Below, piece by piece: positions 63,437 through 64,000 of a stretch of 64,000 nt of DNA; position 1 is the first letter of the stretch; every line of letters begins with the position of its first letter. The DNA comes from Chthoniobacterales bacterium (GTDB lineage: Bacteria > Verrucomicrobiota > Verrucomicrobiia > Chthoniobacterales > UBA10450), in NCBI GenBank assembly GCA_035473775.1, contig DATINV010000099.1:5806-69805 (forward strand), in the 5' to 3' direction. The notes beneath the pieces were generated by a model. That model made no database searches and was not told where the DNA came from. It worked only from the letters and a program-made list of their open reading frames with translations. The position numbers and the translations under genes are program-made.

Positions 63437-64000
63437 ATGTCGCTTTCGTTTCGGGCTATTACTTTGGCCTTCGGTTGTCTGTTGCTTGCGAATTCCTGCG
63501 CAAAGACTCCGGCAAAGAAAATTTGGACGGAGTTTTCGGGCGATAAATCCTTGGCGCATGTTCAAGCCCTGGTGGATCTCGGGCCGCGGCCACCCGGCTC
63601 AGACGCAATCGTTCGGGCACGCGCCTACATTGAAGAGCAGCTCGAGTCCTTGGGCTGGAATGTGACCGAACAGGCGTTTTCGGACCAGACTCCACGGGGC
63701 GAGGTGAAGTTTGTAAATCTCGTTGCCAGGTTCGGGACCGCATCGAAACCATCATTTTTGCTTTGCTCGCACTACGATACAAAGATTTTTGATTCCTTTA
63801 AGTTTGTCGGCGCGAATGACGGCGGATCCAGCACCGGCCTCCTTTTGGAATTGGCCAGAGTTCTGGCATTAGATCCGCGGTTGGCCCAAAAAATCGAACT
63901 GGCTTTCTTCGACGGTGAAGAAGCCGTCGAAAATTTTAGTCAGACTGACGGAATTTACGGCAGTCGCCATTTCGCGCAGGAACTTGGGAAAGATGGATCG
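63437..64000 (+). CDS. M28 family peptidase / glutaminyl-cyclase-like lipoprotein (5' part, runs off window)
   Basis: My own translation gives MSLSFRAITLAFGCLLLANSC.. (a lipobox-like Cys), LLCSHYDTK, GANDGGSSTGLLLELARVL and ELAFFDGEE. The frame is open to the window end. Confidence 0.7.
   Translation, partial: MSLSFRAITLAFGCLLLANSCAKTPAKKIWTEFSGDKSLAHVQALVDLGPRPPGSDAIVRARAYIEEQLESLGWNVTEQAFSDQTPRGEVKFVNLVARFGTASKPSFLLCSHYDTKIFDSFKFVGANDGGSSTGLLLELARVLALDPRLAQKIELAFFDGEEAVENFSQTDGIYGSRHFAQELGKDGS

Noticed and set aside
1-64000. CRISPR arrays, rRNA genes, transposases/IS elements, prophage, toxin-antitoxin pairs
   Set aside because: I read through all intergenic gaps, and most are under 130 nt. 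I found no spaced direct repeats and no transposase, integrase or Cas-like translations in the ORF track. The only tandem repeats are in-frame coding repeats at 49119-49496.

Overview
This is a dense, almost gap-free chromosomal segment from a diderm bacterium, shown by LptD and a TonB-dependent receptor. GC looks mid-50s % by eye. The gene content resembles soil Verrucomicrobiota/PVC-type genomes, but that assignment is inference only. The flanks are housekeeping. On the left are the pyruvate dehydrogenase E1alpha-E1beta-E2 operon, two tandem DUF1232 genes, a dGTPase-like HD protein, a Lon-N-domain protein, aroD and ribE. On the right are gpmI, hemB, coaX, an M29 aminopeptidase, rsmB, ugd, lptD, a ketosynthase pair, an RRM RNA-binding protein, tRNA-Tyr, a DegT aminotransferase, an MqnD-like gene, parB and an M28 peptidase. 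The centre (about 7.3-39.8 kb) is an unusually large envelope-glycosylation island. It holds a WbaP-type initiating phosphotransferase and four paralogous TMTC/DUF1736-like membrane proteins with TPR tails. It also holds an embedded TonB-dependent receptor and a polytopic-membrane/spermidine-synthase-fold fusion. The rest of the island is an SDR, a SAM methyltransferase, two GtrB/ArnC-like GT2 enzymes and seven more GT-C-like polytopic proteins. I recognised no Wzx, Wzy, ABC exporter or Wza-type gene. Other points of interest: a membrane-anchored alkaline phosphatase homologue with most catalytic residues replaced, and a KS plus catalytically dead KS-like pair upstream of lptD. A 1124-aa TPR/TM/acidic-repeat protein carries an unfamiliar C-terminal repeat module. 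A LapG-like cysteine peptidase sits next to a discoidin-like secreted protein, and a small glycine-zipper protein has a histone-H1-like tail. I saw no rRNA, CRISPR array, transposase, integrase or prophage genes. All functional calls rest on motif recognition by eye in the supplied translations; no database search was run.
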